Part shown: positions 1 through 11,720 of the stretch, piece after piece
How the letters are laid out: every line of letters starts with the position of its first letter
Numbering within the stretch: the first letter of the stretch is position 1
NCBI GenBank assembly: GCA_030390025.1
Contig: CM059425.1
Location: forward strand, 172,362,001-172,426,000
Reading direction: 5' to 3'
Length of the DNA: 64,000 bases
From: Squalus acanthias
Taxonomy: Eukaryota
Notes under the pieces: model-generated
The model's input: only the letters and a program-made list of their open reading frames with translations
Told to the model about the DNA's origin: nothing
The model's database searches: none
Translations under genes and position numbers: made by a program

Positions 1-145
1 ACAAACATAGCAATCTGGAACTTTCTTAAACTAAAGTTATAGGTGTCCAAATATGCCTTGCTAGGCAACAAGATGGACAACATTAACTGGGTCTACAATC
101 ACATTCTTACATTTACATCTTTATTATTTACATTTAGAGTACTAC

Positions 146-612
146 TGTCAGCCATGGCTCAGTGGTTAGCACTCTTGCTTCTGAGTCAGAAGGTTGTTGG
201 TTCAAGTCCCACTCCAGAGAATTGAACACAAAAATCCAAGCTGACACTCCAGTCCAGTGCTGAGGGAATGCTGTACTGTCGGAGGTGCCGTCTTTCGGAA
301 GAGTTGTTAAACCGAGGCCACGTCTGCTCTCTCAGGTGGATGTAAAAGATTCCATGGCACTATTTCGAAGAAGAGCAGGGGAGTTATCCCCAGTATCCTG
401 GCCAATATTTATCCCTTAATCAACATAACAAAAACAGATTATCTGGTCATTGTCACATTGCTGTTTGTGGGAGCTTACTGTGCACAATATTCTGCCACGT
501 TTCCTATATTACAACAGTGGCTACACTTCAAAAGTACTTCATTGGCTGTGAAGCGCTTTGGGGTCGCCCTGAGGTCGTGTAAGGAGCTATATAAATGCAA
601 GTCTTCTTCTTT
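146..612 (+). mobile_element. tRNA-derived SINE with Deu-domain and L2-type tail (DeuSINE, SacSINE1-like)
   Basis: Pol III A box tggctcagtgg and B box ggttcaagtccc. Central ggaggtgccgtctttcgg...gttaaaccgaggcc...ggatgtaaaagattccatggcac resembles the Deu-domain. The 3' end gctatataaatgcaagtc matches L2 3' ends in this window. Confidence 0.8.
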
Positions 613-720
613 GTAAGGCTTCACATTAACTTTTCATTTTAATTTGCTATTGCTGATCATAGAGCAACATGTAAAGACAGGTGCGATAATCCAAGAAATA
701 TCTTAATGCAGTTCATTTCC

Positions 721-1068
721 TTTTTTTTTATTCGATCATGGGCTGTGGGCATCGCTGGCAAGGCCAGCATTTATTGCCCATCCCTAATTGCACCTGAGAA
801 GGTGGTGGTGAGCCGCCGCCTTGTACCGCTGCAGTCTGTATGGTGAAGGTACTCCCGTAGTGCTGTTAGGGAGGGAGTTCTGGGATTTTGACCCAGCGAC
901 GATGAAGGAACGGCAATATATTTCCAAGTCAGGATGGTGTGTGACTTGGTAGCAACTTACAGGCGGTGGTGATCCCATGTGCCTGCTGCCCTTGTCCTTC
1001 TAGGTAGTAGAGGTTGTGGGTTAGGGAGATGCTGTTGAAAAAGCCTTGGCGAGTTGCTACAGTGCATT
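721..1068 (-). mobile_element. 3' fragment of a poly(A)-tailed LINE (same family as 55185-56608)
   Basis: Reverse complement of the 3' end of the 55185-56608 element (aattagggatgggcaataaatgctggccttgccagc), with poly(T) at 721-729. Confidence 0.8.
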
Positions 1069-1604
1069 TCCACATGGTCTGGTCATTCTGAGCATGAATA
1101 TTCAGTTGTTGCCTTATTGCAGTATGACAATCAGTAACCCAACTTGAGAAGCTGCACTACAAAAATAAATGAGGTAGCATTGCCATTGAGCAATTTTTCT
1201 GATCACAAGCTGTCTCTGTTCAATCTATCCATACAGCCCATAAAAGCACTTCACCAGTCACACGTTTTTGTTAAAGTTAAACTTGCAATATTGCTTTTTT
1301 CTTTTCCTCCCATATACTTCATTCTATTTCACAGACAAAGCAATATTTGGATAATGACACAGTCCATAATAGATCATGCTGTTACTGTCTTTTGATTTCT
1401 GCATTATTGTATAACATCGAGTGATTTTTCTCCAGTAAAATGCAGTCTTTAATTAACACTTCTGGCTGATTGGTTTCAAACTCATTTTCCATCAATTACG
1501 TTCCCTGCAGTGCATTAAAGCCCACATACATGAATACAAACCCATTCACACACACAAAAATTCTGTTTAACTTTAGTATCGTCACTTCTTCCCATTTGCC
1601 TGTT

Positions 1605-2883
1605 ACATGGGATTACACAGGATATACAGCACAGAAACAGGCCATTCGGCCCAACCAGTCCATGCCGGCGTTTATGCGCCACTCAAGACTCCTCCCGTCT
1701 TTCCTCATCTAACTCTATCATCATAACCCTCTATTCCCTTTTCCCACATATGTTGATCTAGCCTCCGCTTAAATGAATCTATACTATTTGCTTTAACCAC
1801 TCCCTGTGGTAGCGAGTTCCACATTCTCACCACTCTTTGGGTAAAGAAGTTTCTTCTGAATTCTCTATTTGATTTCTTAGTAACTATCTTCAATTGATGG
1901 CCTCTAGTTTTGCTCTTCCCGACAAGTAGAAACACTCTCTCTGTCTACTTTATCAAAACCTTTCATAATTTTATAGACCTCTATTAGGTCACCCCTCAGC
2001 CTTTTTTCAAGAGAAAAGAGACCCAGCCTGTTCATTCTTTCCTGATGGGTATAACCTCGTATTTCTGGCATCATCTTTGTAAATCTTTTTTGCACCCTCT
2101 CCAGTACCTCTGTATCATTTTTATAATATGGCGACCAGAATTGTACGCAGTATTCCAAGTGTGGTCTAACCAAGGTTCGATACAAGTTTAGCTTAACTTC
2201 TCTACTTTTCAATTCTATCCATCTAGAAATAAACCCTAGTGCTTGGTTTGCTTTTTTTATGGCCTTATTAACCTGCGTCGTTACTTTTAGTTACTTGTGT
2301 GTTTGTACTCCGAGATCCCTTTGCTCTTCTACCCCATTTAGGTTCTTATTTTCCGAGTAATATGTGACCTCCTTATTTTTCATACCAAAATGTAATACCT
2401 CACATTTATCTTTGTTGAAGTTCATTTGTCAATTATATGCCCGTTCTGCAAGTTTATTAATGTCGTCTTGTAATTTGTTGCATTCCTCCTCGGTATTGAC
2501 TGTCCACCACCGCCCCCCACCCCCAATTTCATGTCATCCGCAAACTTAGAAATTGTGTTTTTCATTCCAAAGTCTAAATCATTAATATAAATTGTGAACA
2601 ACATTGGTCCCAGCACTGATCCTTGTGGGACCCCACTTTCTACCTTCTGCCACTCTGAATAGCTACCCTTTACCCCTACTCTCTGCTTTCTGTCTTGAAG
2701 CCAACTGGTTATCCATTCTGCTACTTGTGCTGTGACTCTGCATTCTCTGACCTTATTCATCATTATGTGGTACCTTATCAAAGGCCTTTTGGAAATCTAG
2801 ATGAATTACATCTACTGCATTACCCTTGTCTACTCTCTCTGTTACCTCTTCAAAGAATTCAATGAGGTTGGTGAAGCAAGACC
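1605..2883 (-). mobile_element. CR1 LINE, 5'-truncated, frameshifted RT C-terminal half
   Basis: ORF fragments with [41 protein letters not shown] and FFTQRVV, followed by a CR1-type 3' UTR. Confidence 0.9.
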
Positions 2884-4132
2884 TGTTACTTTTTGTATAT
2901 ATATTTGTGTATTTATATGTGTAAAAAGTATGTGTCAGTGTATATGTGTATACCAAAAATGTTACATCTGTGCACGCTTCCTATGTCAACCTTTTACAGA
3001 TAACTTCCTCTGTTCACATTTATAATAGAAACTACGTATAATTGAACAAATGGCCAATCTGACCTTTCGTTTACCTGAGTATCTGCTAAGAGCAATCAGC
3101 CTCTAACTGACCTGGGGAAGATACAGCAATTACATCTTGTTACCTTAAAGGAGCATACAAAGATTGACATAGCTGCACCAAGGAAGCAGGATAACACAAT
3201 GGGCCGGTCAGTGGCGAACGAACAGCACTAGCCATTCATTACACTTACACTTGCCCACAGACTTTCTATGATCTCTGAGTTCTTGGACAAGACACCAATA
3301 GGCAGCAGCCAGTATGTTTGAGCAATAGATCAAGATTTATTAAGCTTACAGCGTAATATACTTGACATTAGGCGATAGTTTTAACGAGTAGCTCGCAGCC
3401 CTTGGTCTCTGGAACCTCTCGGACACAGATGACATCGTCTTAAGTCTGTTCCTTTGTTCTCGCAGTAAGTCTGTGTAAAGTTGTTCTTTGAGTATCGAGG
3501 TTTTAACCCTTTTCTTATCAAAAGTTGGTTTGGCCAGTTTCCATATATGGTCTTTAACAAAATCACCTTTTTTAATTGGTTCTAATGGTCACAATGGTTC
3601 TAAAGGCATCCCGCCTTTCCAGTATTTTTCCGTCAACCCTATCCTGCTGTCTTGTTATCTTGTTTATAGTTTTTCACCCCATTGGAATTTACCATATCTC
3701 TTTCATTTCCTGCCTCCCTGGTACAAGGCCTTTATACCAAGGGCCCATATCAGCGCTGTTTCACTAGTCTTGAGGTATCCAGACTATCTCACTTTAATCT
3801 ACCAGGTAAATACCTTTTCTCCACGATCTCTCTCATTTTATGTCCTTATACTATTTATTTTTTAAATATCTTTGCAATTAGTTTTGTTAAGCGAACTATA
3901 ATTTCTACTTTGCATCATATGTTATTCAGCAATTTAACCTTCACTCGCAGCCTGTGGCTGTTTGTTATCAGAACTTAGTCAAAACTGCTTTTGACTGTCT
4001 TTGCAGCTGCATTTTCAACAAGTCTTAGCTTTTTAGTTACCCAGGAGTAATTATGAGTAATGTTATTTGGTCAATGGCTACACTTGAATTTATATGTATA
4101 TGATTCTTGTCTACTAAATACCTCTAAATATC
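2884..4132 (-). mobile_element. Possible solo LTR (ERV-like)
   Basis: Abrupt junction with the CR1 at tgttac (CA end on the minus strand). The minus strand shows CCAAT (~3577), a TATA-like element (~3545) and AATAAA (~3337-3342) in U3-R-U5 order. The far end and TSD are not resolved. Confidence 0.3.
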
Positions 4133-4169
4133 AGCCTTTTGTATGCTGTGATTAGAAAGTCATTTTGGC

Positions 4170-4774
4170 GCAGTACCCTCTACAGGGGATCTGGGACCTG
4201 TGTGAACAGGGAAAGCAACTGTGTATCTCCTTAACCAATCAGATTAAAGAATTGTTGATGAGCTGTGCAGAGTCTGAACCAGTAAGTGTAAGTAAGAATA
4301 TTGAATTCAAGTCAAATCATGTAGAGAAAGCAACAAAAAAAAGCGGGAAAGAAAGTTGGGATTAAAAGAGAGAGATAAAAGACAGAAAGGGAAAAAAAAT
4401 GTTTTTAAAATTATTTCACTTTTTTTTAAACTCCAACAATAATTAATCTGAAAGAATGAGAATACACAGTTGTAAAAGTTAATTTTCAGTGCCAGAGATG
4501 TTGTTTGGCAGTAACTAAGACTTGCCATGTTGGTAAAAAATTACTTACACTCAAATGGACAAGCCCTAACTTTTTCTGCTGAGTTTAGTGTATTTCAATG
4601 CCAAGTCTCTCGGTGAGATTCTGTTACAGCGAAGCTTCTGGAAGAGTAGGGCAACTTCCTAATTTCCACGTTTAACTGCGCATGTGCAGTTGCTGCAAGT
4701 TGCTGCCCAATTTACTCTTTAATAACGGTGAGCGCTGTTAGCCTCACCATTATTTCTATCACAAAATCCGGGCC
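4170..4774. mobile_element. Harbinger-type MITE fragment
   Basis: Ends in aaaatccgggcc. 4600-4710 is homologous (inverted) to 8660-8770, and 4190-4400 is homologous (inverted) to 49830-50087. Confidence 0.55.
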
Positions 4775-4913
4775 ATATGTTGTATTGCACAATGTTATTG
4801 CCCTTATAAGACAGCATATCGTCTGGCGTACTATGAGTTGTGTCATGGCAGATTCACTAGTACATATGTAAATCTGGTTTAGGGAGGTACTGAAATGCAT
4901 CAGTGTACTAATA

Positions 4914-6629
4914 AGAACATAAGAACATAAGAAATAGGAGCAGGAGTAGGCCAATCGGCCCCTCGAGCCTGCTCCGCCATTCAATAAGATCATGGCTGAT
5001 CTGATCCTAACCGCCAATCTACTATCTATCACAGAACCATCTCCTGCATCTAACAGAATTGCACACACGAAATAGGAGCAGAATCAGGCTACACAGTCCC
5101 TGGGCCCGCTCCACTACCCACAGGGCCATGACCGATCCGAACCTAGACTCATGTCCAAATTCCTGCCCGCTCCCCGTAACCCTTAATGCCCTTTACTTCT
5201 AGGAAACTGTCTATTTCTGTTTTAAATTTAATTAATGTTGTAGCTTCTACAGCTTTTTGTGGCAGCATATTCCATGGACCTACCACCCTCTGAGTGAAGT
5301 AGTTCCTCCTCATCTCAGTTTTGAAAGAGCAGCCCCTTATTCTAAGACTATGTCCCCTAGTTCTCGTCTCACCCGTCATCGGGAACATCCTCCCCGCATC
5401 CACCCGATCCAACCCCTTCACAATCTTATATGTTTCAATAAGATCGCCTCTCATTCTTCTGAACTCCAATGAGTAGAGTCCCAATCTACCCAACCTCTCC
5501 TCATATGACCACCCCCTCATCCCCGGGATTAACCGAGTGAACCTTTTTTGCACTGCCTCGAGAGCAAGGATGTCTTTCCTTAAGTAAGGACACCAAAACT
5601 GTATGCAGTATTCCAGGTGCGGTCTCACCAATACCTTGTACAACTGAAGCAATACCTCCCTATTTTTATATTCTATCCCCCTAGCAATGAAAGCCAACAT
5701 TCCATTTGCCTTCTTAATCACTTGCTGCACCTGCATACTAACCTTTTGAGTTTCGTGCACCAGGACCCCCAGATCCCTTTGCACTTCAGTACTCTCCAGT
5801 TTCTTGCCATTAAGATAATAAATTGCTCTAGGATTTTTCCTGCCAAAGTGCATCACCTCACACTTTCCAGTGTTGTATTCCATCTGCCAAATCTCTGCCC
5901 ACTTACTTAGCCTGTCTATGTCCCCTTGCAGGTTTTTTATGTCCTCCTCACTCACTACTTTCCCTCCCATCTTTGTATCATCTGCAAATTTTGATATGTT
6001 ACACTTGGTCCCTTCCTCCAAATCGTTAATATAGATTGTGAAGAGTTGGGGACCCAGCACTGACCCCTGTGGAACACCACTAGTTACTGATTGCCAGTCT
6101 GAGAATGAACCATTTATCCCAACTCTTTGCTTTCTGTTAGATAGCCAATCCTCTATCCATGCCAGAATATTACCCCCAATCCCGTGATTTTTTACCTTAA
6201 GCAATAATCTTTTGTGTGGCACCTTGTCAAATGCCTTTTGGAAGTCTAAATACACTACGTCCACTGGTTCCCCTTTATCCACTCTATATGTTACTTCCTC
6301 AAAGAACTCCAGCAAATTTGTCAAACATGACTTCCCCTTCGTAAAACCATGCTGACTTTGTCCTATTAAATTATGATTATCCAAATGTCCTGTTACTGTT
6401 TCCTTAATAATGGACTCCAAAATTTTACCTACCACAGATGTTAGGCTAACCGGTCTATAGTTACCAGCCTTCTGTCTACTGCCCTTTTTAAATAAGGGTG
6501 TTACATTAGCAGTTTTCCAGTCTGCCGGGACCTTAGCGGAATCCAGGGAGTTTTGAAAAATTATTACCAATGCATCTACAATCCCTACCGCCACTTCCTT
6601 CAAGACTCTAGGATGTAAGCCATCAGGTC
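4914..6629 (-). mobile_element. Young CR1 LINE, 5'-truncated, uninterrupted 484-aa RT ORF (5149-6603)
   Basis: Complete RT motifs ([34 protein letters not shown]) with no stop codons. (TTCTTATG)n microsatellite tail at 4911-4933. Confidence 0.95.
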
Positions 6630-8629
6630 ATATGTGATAGCTTGTGCTTTTCTGTCTTAATCAAATTGAATATAATTGTGAATTCAATTATAAAAGGCAG
6701 ACATCCAATAAAAATGATGCCAGTATGTGCAGGTTAAAGGGAGAGTATTAAGCACTAGTCATTATCTTCCACTTTTCCAATTGGATAAATTATAGGCACC
6801 TAATTTGTGCAGCAGTCCAGACAACAGTTGGAGGGGAAAAGAAGTAGACAATGCTATGTAATTTATGTTGCACTTTCATCATTCATGGCATATATGCCGG
6901 AAGACAGGAACAGTGAATCTGTAGTTTAGTTTCCTTAGTGGTAAATGTGCTATTTCTATTTTCCTTTATAACTTAAATTTTCAATTTTCAAGGTAATCTT
7001 ATTGCTACACATTTCCTTCCTAAAACACTAGTAGATTTAATTTTAACAGTTCTAAAATTATATATAATGGAAAAGAAATTGCCGAGAATACAATTGGTTT
7101 ATGATCAGAGTTTAATTGTTACTTATCAATGGAATTGTGAAAATTGGAAAATGCTCATCAGTTTCACGTGCAGGTCAGAAGCAGCCAGCATAAAGTCACT
7201 GGCTTTTTTCACTTTTTTTAAGATTGTTTTGTATCTGTAACGAAGTGTGACGTCTTCACACACTGATGTATTATTTTAAATATAGTAATCAGATCTTCTA
7301 TGCATTACTCATGGTAAATTAGAGTATATGCTGTTAATGACAGGAGCTTTATACCATGAAACAAAGAATGTATTATATGTAGGTCAAACGACTTCTTGTG
7401 GCTCAATATCCTACAACTTCTGTGTTGAGAGTAACCAGCTGGAAATTTTCTTCGTTCATAGGCAGATTCAGTGAGGCTGAACATCTGCACATGAAAACAA
7501 AACTAAAATGAAAGTGCTGGTTGGAGAAACTGAAGGAAAAAGTGGGATTCTCACCTTGAAGTGCAACTTTCCCTGTCTCTACTCGCTAGTACTTTCATTT
7601 TGATTTGATTTTAAAGTGATAGTATTCCTTTCTCAGCCTATCTAAAAGTGAAAGATGTTTCCAGCTGCTTACTCTCAAGAACTGTACCATCAACACACAT
7701 TCCACTTAATTCAAACTTGTGTTTTAAACACTACCAATGAGCTGGGCCCTTGCAAGCTGTAAGCCCAGCCACAATAACCAGCTGGAAATGTCCTTCAGTG
7801 TCAGGTGCCTGAGAGAAGCAGAAGCATCAGGTCACAATAATTTCAGTTGATCTCCAACTGGCATTGCTCATAGATACAAAATCTTTGTCTCCCTCTCTGT
7901 AGATCTATCTCTCCTGTGCCAGTGCTCCTGTTGCCCCCATTCCCCAGTCTCCCTTCCTCCCCGACCCCCATTTCCATCCCCCTCTCTTCCCCATTCCCTT
8001 GTCTCCCTCCCTAACCCTCATTCTCCCTCATTTCCACTGAGCCTCCATTGTCCCTTTCTCCCTGAGCTCCCCTCTGACTCTAGAGGCCCCCAACTCTCAA
8101 GCCCCCATTCCGATTCTCGATCCAATCTGACTCTCAAGCCCCTTTTTCAACTCTGGAGCCCCCGACTCATGATTCTTCCTGGCAGACAAGCCAGTCCAGC
8201 TGGCCTGCAGTAGCAGCTGGTCACGTCGTGAGGACTGGGGGAGCGCTGCTATGGCAGGAAATTTAAAGCGTAGAGTTTTCCTGAGCCGCTAGCAGCAGCA
8301 CCCAGGAGACCCATGCCCCATTCTGAGAGACTTGCGTGCAATTCAGGATGGGGAAGGGTTGCATTTACGAGGGCTTGCAGCTTTCATTCTCCTTCACCCC
8401 CTCCCACCAAAAACACTACCACATCCCAGCCCCTCTCCCCAATCTTCCCAGGTCCCAAGACCCCTCTCATCAATCCTCCCTGCTCCACTTTTTCACTGGA
8501 TGAACTTTCCCTCCCATGACACTACCCTCCCCCCTCCAAAAAATGCTCCCAGACATCAACATCCCCCTCCCAGTAGCAACACACTCACACACACCGTCCT
8601 CCATTGGTTCCAGAACCCCACCATGCTGC

Positions 8630-9346
8630 TCTCTGTCAGCGTTCGCCATCATTACTCTGTAAAACTGACAGCAAATTCTGGCGTCCGCACATGTGCAGTT
8701 AAACGCGGAAATCCAGAAGTGATATCCTACTTCTCCACAGGGTGCGCTGTGATAGTGTTCGCAGATGGAATCAATTAGAAATCACTGATTTGACATGAGC
8801 TTCAAGTTTTTGCGCACTATTCTCACTGTAAAAACCATTGAAAAACTTGAGCCTTGTTGAATGAAGTGTAACTAAGTTTTTAACAGCATACTAAGTCATA
8901 AGTACTGCTGAACAACCTCTCTGGCCCTGAAAAACTAATTTTTTATGAGTCATTCCTTCCATTGCATGATAAAAATTCCAGAGATTTTTAAAATAATTAA
9001 TTTTTATTTTCATTTTTGAAAGTTTATGATATTTCAGCTTCTACCTTAACCCCATGTGTATGTCCCAATCTTTTTTTTGCTTTCTGTAACATGATTAAAA
9101 AGTGAAGGATAAACCTGCTTTTTACCAACTGGTTTGCTGTCTGAGAATTTTCAATGTGATTGGCTGCTCAGCCTGCTTGATAACATCACTGGACGCCCCA
9201 GATCCCCTTTCGATGGCACCAGATGCAATGTCACATCAGAAAAGGTGAAATCGACACCACAGAGCCCGCTAAAACTTTGTGGGCATCTTTCTTTGAGGTC
9301 AGCAGCAAGCGGCATCACTTTGCCGCTGACCGCAAAATCCAGACCC
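8630..9346. mobile_element. Harbinger-type MITE (family shared with 37323-38049)
   Basis: Terminus gaccgcaaaatccagaccc. Inverted homology to 37323-37600 (gcggtcagtggcgaagca...cccacaaag). GC-rich arms surround an AT-rich core. Confidence 0.6.
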
Positions 9347-10864
9347 ATGTCTGTCACACGAATACAGCTTTGATCTCTCTGAAGACAGCTTGAGTTACCA
9401 CAGGGTAACAGGAGGCCTCATACGAATCGTTGATCAGTTTTATTTCACAATAAGGTGAATAATTATGATCAGATTCTCTATGCAACTTATTTTCATGTAT
9501 TGATACAAAATAGAAAACACGCCAGGACAGGAATATTATACAATATAAAGCAGAATTAATCTTTTATTAATGTGCAGATGCACATTTAGTGCACATTTGC
9601 TGATCATTACACATTTCTGTTGCATCTCAAGTATTACTGTATATTCAAATTGCTGTGTCGCACGTCAAAGAAAAGTGTTAAGAAGCAAGAACACTTTCCA
9701 GAAGCACACAATACCAGAGCGTGGATGTCTTTATCAACTTAGCCAATGTTTACTTGAGAGTAGTAGACTCTTAATTGACCTCTACATGAACCTAGTGTTT
9801 ACTTAACAGTAATTAGAGTTGCATAACTTGGGGAGTGGGGCTCTGAGCATGTTCCTTTAAATCTGAGCTCAGCACGAGAGAGCTGTGCATCATGCTATAC
9901 AGATACCAGTCTGAGACCAGTAAGAGATACTCTGGAGGGAGACTAAGAAAGAAATGGTTGGGTTTTGGCATGTCAAGGGGAATATTATCATTGTCAAGCT
10001 CTGAACAAATAAATAACACCCTAGTTGACACTTACACTTTTGTACTTGCAGAAGAGATGGTAATAGGTGATCTGGAACAGGAAAGATGGCACGAAAAGAA
10101 AGTGAAAGCTTGCTTCACCGTATCTATTTACATTTAAGGCAATTGCAGCTGTTATGCCTTTATAGGAACGAGTAGGGTTGAGCTTCATTACAAAAAGGGA
10201 AGAACTATGAATATTGTTTTTAGAACTGTGTACCATTCCCAATACTGCTGTGGCAACTGAGTCTCCAGAGAGAACTTGGAACTGCAGAATGCTTAAAGGC
10301 AGCCTGCGGAAGGAAACAGAGGTGAAATATAACGAGTGTTGTACTGCTAATTTAATTCAACTCCACTTTCTTTACTGCTAGGATATTGTGATGTTTTTGG
10401 AATTAATTCACTACACAAGCGTATTTGCAGCTCTCCAGTTTAAAACCAAACTATATCAAGGAATGCAAAAACAATGCCTCAAATAGTAGATTTATATATT
10501 TCTGTGGTGCGCGCAGAGATATTTCTGTAGCTCTCCACAAAGAGGAGTGTCCCCATTTCTTCTCTGGGCCATTTGTAAGCACTCTAAATTAATGAAATTA
10601 TTGGAGGTGGCTGGATAGGTCAAGTAACTGAGTGAAATTGAAGAGATAACTCACTTTAACACGATTACTCCTCCAGGTTGACGGCATATTTTCTTATTTG
10701 GTGCTTTGTGCTTGTGAAGGGCAGCCTGCAAAAATGCCCCTAATTACTGGAGTGATGTGACCAGGTCAATTTATAGCATTCTGTCTCGATTTTTTTTTTG
10801 ACAGTCGTGAATGTATTTTCGAGTCGTGTTGCTTCTAGCACCAAGTTGGAGTGCAGGTCAGGAG

Positions 10865-11705
10865 AACAACAATTTACATTTATATAATGTCTTTAAAGTA
10901 GAAAAACATCCCAAGGCGCTTCACAGATGCAGAATCAGACAATAATTTGCCAAAGAAGGAGACATTAGAAAGGGTGACTAAAACTTTGGTCGAAGAGGTA
11001 GGTTTTAAGGAGGGACTTAAAGGAGGAGAGAGTAGTGGAGAGGCAGATAGGTATAGAGAGGGAATTCCAGAGCTTAGCGCCTAGGTGGATGAAGGCATGA
11101 TAGGGTGAAGGGAGTGGGGGACACACAAGAGGCCAGAGTTGAAGGATTGCAGTGTTCTCAGAGGGTTGTGGAGGACCCTCAGAGGAGAAGGTTACAGGGA
11201 TAGGGAGGGTCGAGGCAATGAAGGAATTTGAACATGAGGATGAGAATTTTAAACTTGACGTGTTGGGGTACTGGAAGCCAATGTAGGTCAGCGAGCACAG
11301 GAGTAATGGACTTGATGCAAGTTGGGATATGGGCTGCACTTTTGGATGAGCTGAAGATTGTGAAAAGTTGACAGTGGGAAACCGGCCAGAAGAGCATTGG
11401 TATAGCCAAGTCTGGAGGTGACAAAAGCATGGATTACGGTTTTGGCGGGGCGGAGACGGGCGATGTTACAGAGGTGGAAGTAGGCATTCTTGTGATGAAG
11501 AGGTTATAGGGTCAAACGCTTAGATGGGAGTCAAAAAGGACACCAAGGTTGTGGACAGTCTGGGGGACGGGGGTGGAATTGGTGACGATGGTACATAGTT
11601 TGTTGAGGGTGGGGACGGCGGGGGGAAGGCGATGATTTCGGACTTCTGAATGTTCATTTAGAGGAAATTGTGGCTCATCCAGAATTGGATGTTGGACAAC
11701 AGGTG
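10865..11705 (-). mobile_element. L2 LINE 3' fragment
   Basis: ORF remnants ITPVLADLHWLPV and LWNSL...SFKSLLKTYLF. L2 3' end acatttatataatg with an (aac)n tail. Confidence 0.8.
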
Positions 11706-11720
11706 TATTTAGGTGCTAAA

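Noticed and set aside
150..215. tRNA gene
   Set aside because: The A/B boxes continue into a SINE body and tail, so this is a SINE head.
5149..6603. RT ORFs as retron/DGR/domesticated genes
   Set aside because: All are typical 5'-truncated CR1 ORF2 copies with LINE 3' UTRs and microsatellite tails.
7880..8620. C/T-rich, Pro-rich ORFs
   Set aside because: Low-complexity pyrimidine-rich sequence with no recognisable domain.
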